Origin: Paecilomyces variotii
Lineage: Eukaryota
Assembly (NCBI GenBank): GCA_004022145.1
Contig: RCNU01000003.1
DNA: 64,000 nt
Reading direction: 5' to 3' (one strand)
Position numbers and translations under genes: made by a program. Shown in pieces: positions 24,178 through 36,207 of the stretch (position 1 is its first letter; every line of letters starts with the position of its first letter). The notes under the pieces are model-generated. The model did no database searches. It was not told where the DNA came from and saw nothing but the letters and a program-made list of their open reading frames with translations.

Positions 24178-26790
24178 ATGCTCCGTCAGGCTATTCAGGG
24201 AGCTCGGTGGTCTCAGCATGCCATTCCCAGGAGCTTGTTAATATCATCGAATCGTCCTTCTCCGCGGCGGACCTTCTCCGCCGCAGCGTCGCGCTTCGTT
24301 CGAAATGGCGATTCCAAGGACAAGGTCCGCTTCTTCGAACAGGACACACGGGGTAGCAAGCACAAGGTGGAGGTAAATCCAGAAGCTGAGGAGAGTGCTG
24401 AAACGCAAGAAGTGGAGAGTGAGCTCTCGAAACTTGAGCAGGAACTGCAGGCGCTCGAAGAAGGTCCATATGGCCCCAACAGCGATTTCATGAAAGAACT
24501 GCCGGAGAAGGATAGGGTTATCGCGCTCAAAGCTCTTCGAGAGTATGAAGCTCAGAAGGGCCAAGGTCAACATGAATCGAAAGCTGGTCTTGCAGAAGTA
24601 TTTGACGAAGAGCTGGATGCAATGCTCAAGGAGGAGTTTGAGGGATTAGCGAAAGAGGAAGAGGAAGACTGGGATCCAACGAAACCGATCGAGCAGCAGC
24701 AGCGCTTACCTTCCAAAGAATCGCGCGGGACTCCACTTGACGGGGGACACCACCCCTATGTTTCCCGATTTTACGAATCTCTGAAGGGCCTTTCCAAAGA
24801 CAACTTGGACGATACCCGCAAACGAGACGAACTTTGGAAATGGTATCGACGGTGCAAGCAGACTATACCGTCTTTCTTGGCTTCGATGCCAGAACAGACA
24901 GTGGCTGCGTTATGGGACTCACAATCCCTGAGTGAAACCGCAAACACTACCCGCGTGCAACGCCTACGGTCACTGGTCGAAGATATGGCATCTGCAGGAC
25001 GGACGCCTACTGCGCAACAGATGCTAGTCTATATCGAATCGTTACATGAATCTGGAAAGACAGACGAGGCGTTGGAGCTGTGGCGTGCACACCAAACGGG
25101 CATCGGTCAAGGAAGGGAAGCTTTAGAGAGTTATTGGACGCTCGGGGTACGTCTGCTGTCAGCACAAGATGATCCTCAAAAAGCGCAGGATATGGCTCTG
25201 GCTTTTCTCGCAAACGACAGATCTCGTCAACCTCGTATCCTCATTCCCGTTATAGACGCCTGGGGTAGGCAGCCCGGCGAGGCAGCGGCAGTCAAGGCAT
25301 GGGCACTTTATTTGCAGCTAAAGACCTTCCTTGGTTCCGATATGACCATGGAAGACTACGATACTATCAGTGTGAGCTTTCTTAAGTCTAACCGGCTTGA
25401 TCTCGCGCTTGCTGTCTTCAAAGATATGATGGTCACTGGCCGATATCCTGATAATGATTCCACGGCGCTATACAAGGCCGCAGTTGGTCTCGTGGGCAAT
25501 CTCCATGCCTCCAGTATAAGTGAACAGGAAGTCAACAAGGTGTCGCTCTCGGCGCTGACGATATTACCGCGTGCTTTTCAAAATAGATTCTTCTATGGTA
25601 GTTGGATGAAGAAGCTTATTGGGATGGGAGAAGTCGACTCCGCTGCGTTAGTCGTTGAACTAATGTACGAGCGCGGTGTCAGGCCAGATCCGAAGCATTT
25701 GAATGGTATAATCGGGGCGTGGCTTCGTGAAGGAAATGCCAACGCAAGAGACAATGCCGAGAGGCTAGGATGGGCCATGATTCAGCGACGGATCGATACG
25801 GTCTGGGCTCGAACATATCCAGAGAAGTCATCCCATGACTCCTCAAAACCGTCTGTGTATCAAGGATCGGAGACAGCTCGTATTCCCCGCTTTATGCGGA
25901 GAACAGTCCCTCCGGCGACTATCGAGACGTTTTGCTTGCTGCTCCTTCATTATACCCGTCGCGGAGAGGAGGACATGGTCAAGTACCTGACAAAATGTCT
26001 CTCCGACGCTCGGATTCGCCCGAACTCCTACTTCATGAACCATCTCCTCTATGATGAGCTGCGCCGGCAGGATATTCGCACCTTGTGGATCAAATACAAG
26101 GAAATGTCTACTCACGTGAAGCCCGACCTTGAGACATTTGCTTGTCTCTGGGACTGCGCAAAGCTTCAGTATGACCGTTTCAAGGATCCGAACACGGGTT
26201 TTCCGTCCGCCAAGGGTCTCTACGCCGAGATGATGCGTTGGTACGCGCAGCTCACGCCACACTGGCAGAAAGTCGCTAGGGAAGAATTCTCTAAAGATCT
26301 ATATGACCAAATCACCCGCTGCTTCTGCCTCTCCAGAGATATCCACGGCACCCTTGTCGCCCTGCACTCGATGAGAGACACCTTTGGATTCTTCCCAGAT
26401 GACGATACGGCTCACATGTTGGTCCTGCAAGTCGCCCGCATGGCCGGTGTACCTACAGGGACACCCAGACGTCGCCTCCGCAGACTCTCCGACACTCCTC
26501 GCAGTAAAGAAAACATCGCACATGTCAGAAGACTGCTTGAGATTCTGAGTGAGCGCAAAATGTCCGCCCTGCAAGCCCAAGGGCTCAATGTCGAGCAGCT
26601 CGAGACCACGGAAAAGCAACAGCTACAACTCGAGATCATGGCCGACCTTCTCAGAGTCGTGATCAGCCGAGCAGAGCCCAACTCTACTCCTGCTAAGATT
26701 GAGGACAAACTTACTGCCACGGCAGCAGAGATGAATGTTCCCGGAATCGACCTCGGTTCGCCTCTGACTGGAGACTCGCTGGTCTTGTAG
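24178..26790 (+). CDS. Mitochondrial pentatricopeptide-repeat (PPR) protein
   Basis: Single-exon 870-aa ORF with an Arg/Ser-rich presequence and PPR-like units (LIGMGEVDSAALVVELMYERGVRPDPKHLNGIIGAW; IRPNSYFMNHLL; VKPDLETFACL). Confidence 0.85.
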   Translation: MLRQAIQGARWSQHAIPRSLLISSNRPSPRRTFSAAASRFVRNGDSKDKVRFFEQDTRGSKHKVEVNPEAEESAETQEVESELSKLEQELQALEEGPYGPNSDFMKELPEKDRVIALKALREYEAQKGQGQHESKAGLAEVFDEELDAMLKEEFEGLAKEEEEDWDPTKPIEQQQRLPSKESRGTPLDGGHHPYVSRFYESLKGLSKDNLDDTRKRDELWKWYRRCKQTIPSFLASMPEQTVAALWDSQSLSETANTTRVQRLRSLVEDMASAGRTPTAQQMLVYIESLHESGKTDEALELWRAHQTGIGQGREALESYWTLGVRLLSAQDDPQKAQDMALAFLANDRSRQPRILIPVIDAWGRQPGEAAAVKAWALYLQLKTFLGSDMTMEDYDTISVSFLKSNRLDLALAVFKDMMVTGRYPDNDSTALYKAAVGLVGNLHASSISEQEVNKVSLSALTILPRAFQNRFFYGSWMKKLIGMGEVDSAALVVELMYERGVRPDPKHLNGIIGAWLREGNANARDNAERLGWAMIQRRIDTVWARTYPEKSSHDSSKPSVYQGSETARIPRFMRRTVPPATIETFCLLLLHYTRRGEEDMVKYLTKCLSDARIRPNSYFMNHLLYDELRRQDIRTLWIKYKEMSTHVKPDLETFACLWDCAKLQYDRFKDPNTGFPSAKGLYAEMMRWYAQLTPHWQKVAREEFSKDLYDQITRCFCLSRDIHGTLVALHSMRDTFGFFPDDDTAHMLVLQVARMAGVPTGTPRRRLRRLSDTPRSKENIAHVRRLLEILSERKMSALQAQGLNVEQLETTEKQQLQLEIMADLLRVVISRAEPNSTPAKIEDKLTATAAEMNVPGIDLGSPLTGDSLVL

Positions 26791-27441
26791 TAGCCATTGG
26801 CCGTTTTATCTGCTGTAGATGGCTATCCTCCTTCATGAGCAGTTATATTAATAATATAGATATGAGTTCAGCAATGACTTTAACCAGCACTACGATGACA
26901 TCGAAGAGAAAGAGAGAGAAAATGATGGCTGGGTTTAGGCAAGATTAGATAAATGTGTATATATATACCTCCTCTCTTGTATGATTAGGAGGAAACAGTG
27001 ACATATTTTCCTATCAGATCTGTTTATCCATTTAGATTAGGCAGTGTATTCCACTTCGAGGGACTCATACTTAGTACGTAAGAGATAGGATACATATTCC
27101 CACGCTAGTTTGAAGTCTTACGAGAGGGCGATAATTATTATTCAGAGATACAGAATATCCGATCCTTACTTCTCTCAGAGATCCACAAATGTCAAGGTCA
27201 ATGTTATTATTATGAAAACTTCAAAAGAGACCGGCGCCATCAAACTCCACGATAAGCTCGAGGTAGCTTCGGAAAATGCATCGTCAAAGGGCACTCTGTG
27301 CGCTCATGCAGTTTGTTCGGAAATCAAAACACAGTTACCTTTTCTAACTAGCTCGTTTCCTTCTATCGCCCATTCCCGCAACAAACGAACTCGTATAATA
27401 TAATAAAAGGGAAAGCTTCAACACCTGACTGAAATAGGGGT

Positions 27442-28380
27442 TCATTTCTTGCCCTTCTTTTTCTTCTTGGGACTTCCTGTTTCAGGAGCTGCTGGGCCAC
27501 CTGCCTCTACTAGGACAGCATCATCATCGCTGGCTGTGGCAGATGGAGCGGCCGGTTCAGCATTCTTTGTTGCAGAAGTTGTTGGGGCAGATGAAGCAGG
27601 AACAGAGCCGCTTTTGCCAGCTGCTTCCTCGTCCAGCTCCTTCATAAATCCTTCCTGAATAGTAGCCTTCTTGTGGTCCCACCACTCCCGCTCGTCTTTC
27701 GTCTTAGACTGCATTTCCTGAATACGTCGGCGGAAAATGTCGTTGTTGATCATCTCATTAGCGGACTGGAAGATCGTCTGGCCCCAACCGGGGACATATG
27801 CATTGGCCTGTAAAATAACCACCGGTCAATATAACTGAATTGTGGAGGGATTGAATAGAGCCTCAGAAAGACGGAAACAGCGCATAGTAACATACCTCAG
27901 CGACAACATCGCGAACCTCATCCTCCATCTCCTTCTCCGCTCTCAGAAACCGATTCCATAGATCATCACCAACGCTTCCACGTTGTAGCAACATTGCCAG
28001 CGCCTGCTTCTGACTCCGGATAGCCATGACACGGTTGATGTCCTCAGCAGCGCGCCGCAGAAGTGCAGCCTTGAGTACAGTCTCCGGAACAGGAGGAGCC
28101 TTTTTCTCCTTCTCCTTCTCCTTTCCTGAAGCGGGAGGCTCAAGATGAAGGAGAGAATAGTATATATCTCGTTGCAGATGAGGCGGAAACCATGGCGCGA
28201 GGGAGGTTGCTTTGACTATTGTAGGAGAACCATTAGCTTTGATGCGAGGACATTTCCGTGTTCTTTCCGGTGCGACGAACCAGCTTTTCGTTTTCTGTAT
28301 AGAGAAGAGAATGTCGCTAATGAGCCGATTAGAATGCCTAGATAGGCTACGGGGACCGCAAGGCTGAGCCAGTCCACCAT
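27442..28380 (-). CDS. SEC66: Sec62/63 translocon subunit Sec66 (Sec71)
   Basis: Exons 28380-28281, 28215-27896, 27807-27442. MVDWLSLAVPVAYLGILIGSLATFSSLYRKRK, PWFPPHLQRDIYYSLLH, EANAYVPGWGQTIFQSANEM. Confidence 0.9.
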
Positions 28381-29079
28381 GATGCCGGCGCCGTGGACGT
28401 ATTGTCCGAAACGAGGGTTTTTTTTAATGAGACAAGAAAAAGAGCTTCAGTTGCGAGCGGTGCCCATAGTATCAGTAGAAGCTCAAGTGCAGAAAGGAAA
28501 ATGCATGCAAGAAGAGTCTCCTGGTCACAGTCAAAAACCAAGGAGTCCCATAGAGCGACAGGACAGAAAGGGTGATCGGAGATGTTGGCGGGAAAGGCCA
28601 GCTTGGTGTTTGGCGGTCACATGTCAGTCAGCAAGTACTTACTTAGCCTCCGCGAGTCACCTCTCCGCCTGAACTACAAACGAGGATAACTGAAGCTTTC
28701 AAGAACCAGGCTATCTGCCTGTTCTGAAATTCATATTGAGGTCTGTCTGTTTCTAATGGGATTCTACAGTTGCTAGCAGAGCCTCATGATATCTGCACGT
28801 GGGAGGGCTTGAGGGGAATAACACTAATACAGCAGTAAACCAGCCGGACAGAAAACAGCATGACTTCAAAAGAAAGCGAAAAGACAGAGTAGTAAGATAG
28901 ACCTCCCAAATCCCACGGGTCATCTCTTATCAGATTGCCCAGATTACCACAGATCATGTTTCCCTCCCCCCAAAAAAAGACAAAAAAGGAAAGGACAATA
29001 ACAAAGATTATCGGCGGTTGATGCTTAACAAAAAGCTGTAAGGCAGGACCTCTATCATGTACAACGTACATTAGCTTCT

Positions 29080-32000
29080 TTACTCGTGGAGTCTAGACAT
29101 CGCCATCTGCTCTTTTGTCTTCTGGCTGATGGGTCCGAACTCCTGCACCGCCTGCATGTCATCGAGAATTTCGTTGAACGTGTCCCGGACTGCGGCAGCG
29201 ACCTTCGTCCGGTTCCACTCGCTGCGCATCCTCCATATACAGTCCATGAGTCCCGTGTTAATCTGTTCCAGTTGCTCCACGGAACATCCACTCGTTCGTT
29301 GTGTCAATTGCTGATGAAGTTGGTCGACAAACTCATTGTCGATAATAAATTCGAAAGATGAGTCCTCGTTGTTCAAGAGAGACTGGATATCCGAAGGATG
29401 TTGTTGTGACTGCTGTTTGGCAGGAGCATTGAACAAGGGCACAGGAGGTTGTTGTGACCCATATGGAGCCTTCCACTTCGATTGCTGCTGCTGCTGGGAC
29501 TGCGGCGATGATTGCGATTGCGACTGACTTCCATTGGGCGCACCGTTCTGAGAGTATACGACCTCTGAGATACCGGTAAGTAGCGCTTCCTCGCCATATA
29601 ATCGACTGTTCTCACCTTGTTGAGTGTCTGGCAGATGTTCTTCCTGGGATACTCGGTCTGGGTACGAGGTAAGATCGGGGTACTCCATACGATGTTGACT
29701 GCCAGCAGCAGGGCTCTGAGTATGGTACGTAGGGCCAGTGGATTGATCAGATGTTTTCTTGTCAGATGTCGTTTGCGTGGTATCGGCATCATTGGAGTAG
29801 TCTCCCGGTTGTGACCCGGGAGCCATAGGAGTCATTGGCCCTTTCTGGGACAAGCTTGAAAGGCCTGATTGTCGTCTGATCTGTTGAGATGGCGCGGTGT
29901 GGGAATGAGGAGGTTTAGGTTGCGCAGAAGGTCCGAATGAGCTGTGCTGCGTATCTTGTCCGACAGAAGGGGCGTCTTCCGAGTTAGTCATATAGACATC
30001 TCCGTCTCCTTCCCGCGAAGCAGATCCATTGCTAGTAGACTGATTTACGGTGTCTTCATTGAGATCGGAGCCACCGCCTCGATGATAGCCGTTAGTGAAG
30101 CTCACAGTTGAGTGCCGCACCGGAGTAACTGGTCGCCCGGGAACGTTTGACTGCCCATTCGTAAAAGGCTCACCCAGGACAACAGGTCCAGACGAAAGGC
30201 TGGAGTCGGTATTGCCATGGGGAACATTGCTGGCGGCTCCCGGAGCCAGTGAGCCTCGGGCTTCTTCCTCTGCTCTTTTGGCCTTCTCCATTGCGACCTT
30301 TTCTCGTTCCAATTCTCGAAGGTAAACATTTTCGCATTCAGCCACCAGTGCAGGGTCGGTCTGCTCAATAGTGCCGATATCCACTTCGACGTTGGAGAGA
30401 AGTTCGTTGGCTCTCAACATCCTCTCCTGGTCTCCAAATTGCCTGGCATCTTTGGCGAGGCGCTTTATATCAGCCAAGAAGTCTTTAGGCCGCTTGTAGT
30501 ATCCGTTTGAAAGACGCTTCTCGATTGTCACAATTTCCAGATTGTAATAGAATTTACCAGAAACCGTTTCTCGCAAGCCTGGTACGCCGTGCTTATCGAA
30601 GTCTTTCTCGAATGGCCGGAAAGTGGTCCGTTGTTCGATTGGCAAATCACTCGTCACAATGTTGGGATCGTCTTCTTCAAACAGATATCGGATCTGGGAT
30701 TCGTCGATCACGCCGGTCCTGAATCTCTTGTACTTTTTGAGCTGGTCCATAATTGGTTGGATCCTGATCTTGAGGTAGTTCAATGTCTGGTGGTCCTTCT
30801 TCTTTTGAGCCTTTAGTTGCTCCTTTGTCAGAGTTGGAGGAGGTGGAGGCGGCGGAGGGGGTGCAAGTGGTAAGGACTCCAGCTTCCTCCTCCTTCGATT
30901 CTCGGGATCCGGAAATTCTGCCGGCGGAGTCTTCACATACTGAATAAGTTTCTCGAAGAATTCGTACCTGGCGGAATTTTCAGGTGCTCCCAGCCGATAA
31001 ATGTTTTTCTTCGAGAAGCCGAAAAGGCTCTTCATGAAACCGGGATCAACCTCCTCTCTATCATCTTCTTCGAGAATTCCCAGGACTAGAACCGGGTCTG
31101 TGGGTGGTACTGAACGTAATAACCCAAGGAACGTCGAGACCACCGTCTGCCCAACTGTATCAAACCACGTTTGCACATTGGGGATGTAGATGACACTGGG
31201 CTTGTGCCTCTTGACCTCTGTGAATAGCTGGACGACAGCTGCCTCGGGCGACCTTGTGGAGTCACTGATCAGTGTTGCGAGATCGAATGACTGTACATGG
31301 AGACCCTCGAAATGGTGCAAAATGGCTGCTGCCAAGTACTGCTGACCCATTCCCTGACCTCCCCGAACCAACAATCTAGGCCGAAAGACGCGTGATCTCT
31401 CGAATTCTTGTTGCATTTGTTCCCTCTGAAAGCTGCCAGAGTGCTCAGCATCTTCAAACTGCGCTTCTTCCAGTGCAGTGAGTCTCTTCTTTTGGGGCAG
31501 AGTCTCCGATAGTATTTTCTCGATCTCGCCGAGAGGACGGCGCAGAAGAGGCTCAACCCCCTTAGGGAGCGGAGAAGCTCCAGAGGAAGCAGACCTCTCC
31601 GACGATGGGACGATTTTCTTGATAGACATCATAAAATCTTTAGGCGTCACTTCGATTGACTTCGGGTCTATCAAGAGCTTGTCCGACGACTGGTAAATCT
31701 GGGGGTATCTTCTCTGTACTGCATTAAGAGCCGCTTCCGTGCATAGAGCACGCAGGTCTGCTCCCCCGTAACCTTTTGTGACCTCCGCCAGTTCATCCTT
31801 GACATTAGCAGGAAGTGGAGGATCCCATCCTTTCGTGTGGATATCCAGAATCGCCCGTCTACCTTCTTTGTTGGGAAGCGGGAAGTAGAATTCACGATCG
31901 AAACGACCAGGCCGTCGAAGAGCAGGATCAATGGAATCCGGTCGATTTGTCGCACCGATAACGATCACCTGTCCACGCCCATCCATACCATCCATCAGGG

Positions 32001-34206
32001 CCAATAAGGTCGAAACAATGGAAGCATGGATTTGCTCCTGTTTACTAGATCTGACCGGTGCCAATCCTAAGACATGTCAGCTTAACGATGGAAGATTATC
32101 TAATGACTTTCATGTCGAGTGCTTACCATCGATCTCATCAAAGAAGATAATGCTTGGTTGCGTCTTGCGAGCCTCCTCAAAAAGGAGTCGAAGCTGCCTT
32201 TCAGCCTCGCCGACCCATTTACTGAGCGCATCGGCGCCCTTTCTCATATAGAACGTGACCTTGCGTCCTTCCGTACTCACACTTGAAGCTAAAGCGCGTG
32301 CCAGCAGTGTCTTACCCGTTCCGGGAGGACCATGGAATAGCACACCACGGGGTGGGACAATGTGGAATCGCTGGAAGATCTCGGGATACAGCAACGGAAG
32401 CGTTACCATCTCCTTGAGTTGGTCAATATGCCCCTGTAAACCTCCAACGCTACTGAAGTCGACGTTAGGATCTACCCCTAAGGGGTCCGCATCAGCCAAT
32501 GCTTGTTTATCCTTGATCTTTCCTAAATTCGCTGGTGTCCCTGACAGTCCCTGGGCATCGCCATGAGTCTGAGCCGGGTTAAGTAGAGCTCCACCAATGC
32601 TCGGTCCAGCAGCGGCAGCTCCTTTCGGTTGCTGCATGGCCTCATCATCACTGCTATCACTTTCGACTCCCCCAGTGGCCCCAGGCGCACCTGGGGGTGC
32701 CAAAACCGCAGCTGGTCCACCACCGCCAAACGGTCCATAAGTAGAGAAGAGGGTTCGTTGCCAGGTTCCGCCACCACCACCGCCACGACCGCGACGAGAA
32801 GGAGACTCTGATGGCTCATTCTCGGCTTCTTCGATGGGCAGGATAAGGTCGGGTCGGATGATCCTATAGTCGACATCCTTTCTGCTCCGGCGCGGTTTCT
32901 CGTAGACGATTTCAGGCTGCGCTCTGCGACGCGGTCGGTCGCCTCTCAAACTCTCCAATTCCTCGGCCAGTTCGCCCGCAATGTCTCCCCTAGCCTCGGA
33001 TTGGCCCCGTGATTGAGACTTCCTTTTCCGGAGTCCTGGACGTCGTCCGCCAGCAGTGTCGTCCTCGTCATCCTGGTTTTTTGTTGGAGAGCCACGCGAT
33101 TTCCCTGACTCTGAAAGCTCGTCCTCGTCGTTAGATTCATCCTCTTCTGGCTCAAAGTCACTCTCATCGTCGTTTCGCCTGCGTTGACTGCTCCTTGAAG
33201 GCTTCTTGCGACTGGAACGGGGTGGCTGGGACGTCTCTTTCTCCGACTGTTGTTCTTCGGTCTGCCGCTGTGGCCTGCCCCGACGTCTTGTCGTTGGCCC
33301 TTCATCATCATCGTCGTCCTCCTCTTCTTCCGCTCCTTGTTCCTTTACATCGCCGTTCTCAGATTCAGGAACGAACCCAGTATCGTCCGCCATCTCAACA
33401 TCGGCCTTGTCCTGCTCCTTCTTAGACAACGACGGTCCCTCTTCAAAGTCGCCCTGGGGATCACTTTCCATGATCTCCAACTGGGAGTTCTTGGGTTCAT
33501 GATCCGCGGCTTCTTCCTCCCTGATCTGGCCAGTGTTGTCTTCTTCATCTTCCGCGATAGTGCTCTTCGTCTGCACCTTCGTCTGAACACTCTTCCCGCC
33601 TCGTCGTGGCCGAGTTGGCGCCTCGGGGCTATGGGTACCCCGTTCGACGGTCTGCACATGTCGACCAGAATTTGTGAGTGCATATATATCTTCGGACGGG
33701 TCGCGATTGTGGCGAGTGCTGCGCCTGGAGCTCTGGAAGGCCTGGGCCCCAAATCGGGACTTTAATGCACTGCCAACCTTTAATTTGATCACGTTACTGC
33801 GTTTCGAGCGCGGCGGAGGTTTTTTCACGGGGCTTTGATCTTCATCGTCATCCTCGTTCTCCTCGTCCTCCGCGCCCTCGTCAAAGCTACTCGATTCACC
33901 TTCATTGTACACTGGGCGGTTTCTGGCAGCCCGCCGGCGAGGAACACCTTTTGCGTTTCTTTCAACATTCTCGTCCTCGGCCCCCGACTCGTCATAAGAA
34001 ATCTCGTCGTCGTCGCTGAGCAGGTCATCGTCCGACACAATATCGGAGTCAGAGTCGCGCCTTCTCCTCTTCTTGGACGGCTTTGACTTCTTTTTGGATT
34101 TCGACCGGGCAGAGCGAGGAGGGCGTACGGAATGATCGCTGTAATCATCGTCGTCGGAGTCTGACTTATTGGCGATCTCTTCGATTGAGCGCTTGAAGCG
34201 AGCCAT
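29080..34206 (-). CDS. YTA7: AAA+ ATPase with bromodomain-like region, Yta7/ATAD2 family histone chaperone
   Basis: ATG at 34206; intron 32067-32126 and probable intron 29565-29615. Acidic N-terminus, Walker A GPPGTGKT, YMRKGADALSKWVGEAERQLRLLFEEA, Walker B IIFFDEIDG, degenerate second AAA domain and bromo-like IEKRLSNGYYKRPKDFLADI. Confidence 0.95.
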
Positions 34207-35279
34207 GTTCGATCCGTCGTTGTTTCCGCGAGGTTTCTTCTCGATATGTGGATTAGACACTGCGCAGACCCAGCATTTGGTTCAACTCCAGTAATGGAAG
34301 CGACTGTAGGAATCAATAACAGAGCGACAAGGGACTTACAAATAGCACAGCAAGGTATAATCAGTACAAGAAATCAGACAGTGTGGCGAAGACAGACACC
34401 TCCTCTCTTGTCACACTAACAAGATCCCATAAGTCCTAAAAGCGATCGGGATGCAAAGAAACTCAAACGATCACTCCCACTGGCAAGGACCTACCGCGGT
34501 GCGAGCTAATCGCAATGGTTGGCAGGACAGCTAGAACTCGCTCCAGAGAGCGCCAGCCAAGCGGGAGCAAGGACCAAAACTCATGTGACGAATCCGCGCC
34601 AGGTTCAGCGAAGGATGGACACAGGGCGGGATACTCCAGAGCAGCCAGGAGAGAGGGTATCGCGTGGAGGTTGCCGTCGAGCAGCAAAGCGGGTGTTCAC
34701 TTATCGAAGGGCAGGGCGTCCCGGGCCGAGTGAGACTCGCGGCGCTTTTGCTGTTCTGCTCCAGCCACACCTTACCGAGGAACAGCCGCGGTATGCGCCA
34801 CAGCTAGATCCTTTCTGGGCTAGCGTCGAGGACACCTGACCACCAGACGCGCCCAGAGCAGCCAGGGCACGTGCCATGGTCCACTATACTGCGATCATCT
34901 TCCACCGCGTCTTTTTGCTCGTTCTTTGCCCGCAATGTCGATGCTGCTCAGACTCCCTCTGGGACCGTCTCTCGTGGCCGTAGATAAGTCCCATCCACGG
35001 ATCTAGCCCGTCGCACATCTACTGCGTCTCATATTCAGCAGTTTTCGGGGTATCAGCACAGAATTTGAGCGTCTTTTTCGCATGTCAAGGTGCAGGCTGT
35101 TTGATGTCAGGAACAGCATTGCGGCTAAAACAACAAACAAGACCAAAGAAGCTTATCGGCCTTTGGGTTTCCCCCCGCATGATTGTCAGCGCGTCTAACT
35201 ACCGCTAACTACGATGTACTAATTATTTCCTCTCTCCGCCTCCGCAGCGGCGCCAGAGCGGTTCTGTCATGTGATTTGA

Positions 35280-35286
35280 TGACTCA
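35280..35286. promoter_or_regulatory. CpcA/Gcn4-type element
   Basis: (A)TGACTCA about 220 bp upstream of the small gene starting at 35508. Confidence 0.4.
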
Positions 35287-35507
35287 GCCGGGTCTTCCGC
35301 CTTGTCTGCTTCCTATTATATTATCCTTTTCTCTACTATCTATAACTATTATCTAGTTAAAACTATTAACTATCCCCCGTACACCAGGCTGCGGATCAGA
35401 GCAGAATTGAACATCCAGAAAATCTAATCTCTTCATCTACCCTGGCCCTGTTGTAGTCAGGGTGACATCTTCGCCAGCGGTTGAAATTCTCCATCCCTCA
35501 GTTCCAG

Positions 35508-36019
35508 ATGCTTCCTCGTCCAACTATCCTGCAGCGGTCAGCTGCCATGTTCCGCCCGCAACTGCAATTGTCGCATGTGCACAAGAATAATCTCTTCCCT
35601 TATTCTAGAACATTTACCGCTTCGCCTCGTTGCAATTCATCCGGGGGCTCCAGTTCAATAAAGGATGGTGTAAGTGGTTGTTGTTTTTTTTCCCCTCCCA
35701 GTCTCCCTCAAGTCTGTTGCTGTGTGGCATTGTTTATTTATTTTAACGCTATATATCTATCTAGCTGGCGGCATTTAGGGCTTTTGGTCGTCCCTTCGCA
35801 AAGGTCTTTTTAGGTGCTATCCTCACTTATCAGATTCTCTATTGGACCTGGTTCAAATTGGAGACGGATGAATCCAAATTGGAAAAGAATGGTCTGTCTT
35901 CCCTATCCCATTGCTGACTGCCTCTTGCACTGCCTTGCCGGTTCCAATTCTAACTCTCCCTAGGCCAGATTGCTGCCTTGGAGGATAAGGCGAGAGAAAT
36001 GATATCGACGCGGAAATGA
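35508..36019 (+). CDS. Small mitochondrial single-pass membrane protein, possibly Ina17-like (114 aa)
   Basis: Exons 35508-35669, 35765-35891, 35964-36019, frame-consistent. Presequence (...SRTFTASPRC), hydrophobic segment FGRPFAKVFLGAILTYQILYWTWF, then a short coiled coil KLETDESKLEKNGQIAALEDKARE. Confidence 0.75.
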
Positions 36020-36207
36020 GCTTGTACATGTATTTTGTGGAGCGCGGTATTTTGAGTGTCTTGTAGTTTCGCCTCTAGCGATCGTTCTGCACAGTAGATT
36101 CAGTTCTAACCATACTTTTGCCGTTCCAGCCACCCCCCAGATTCCTATCATACATATGGCCTTCCTTGTTTTCTCGTGACGCCGCAAATATCCCTGGCTT
36201 CGTAAAT

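Noticed and set aside
34463-34839. Several overlapping short ORFs in the YTA7 upstream region
   Set aside because: GC-rich promoter/leader sequence; no motif or consistent exon structure.
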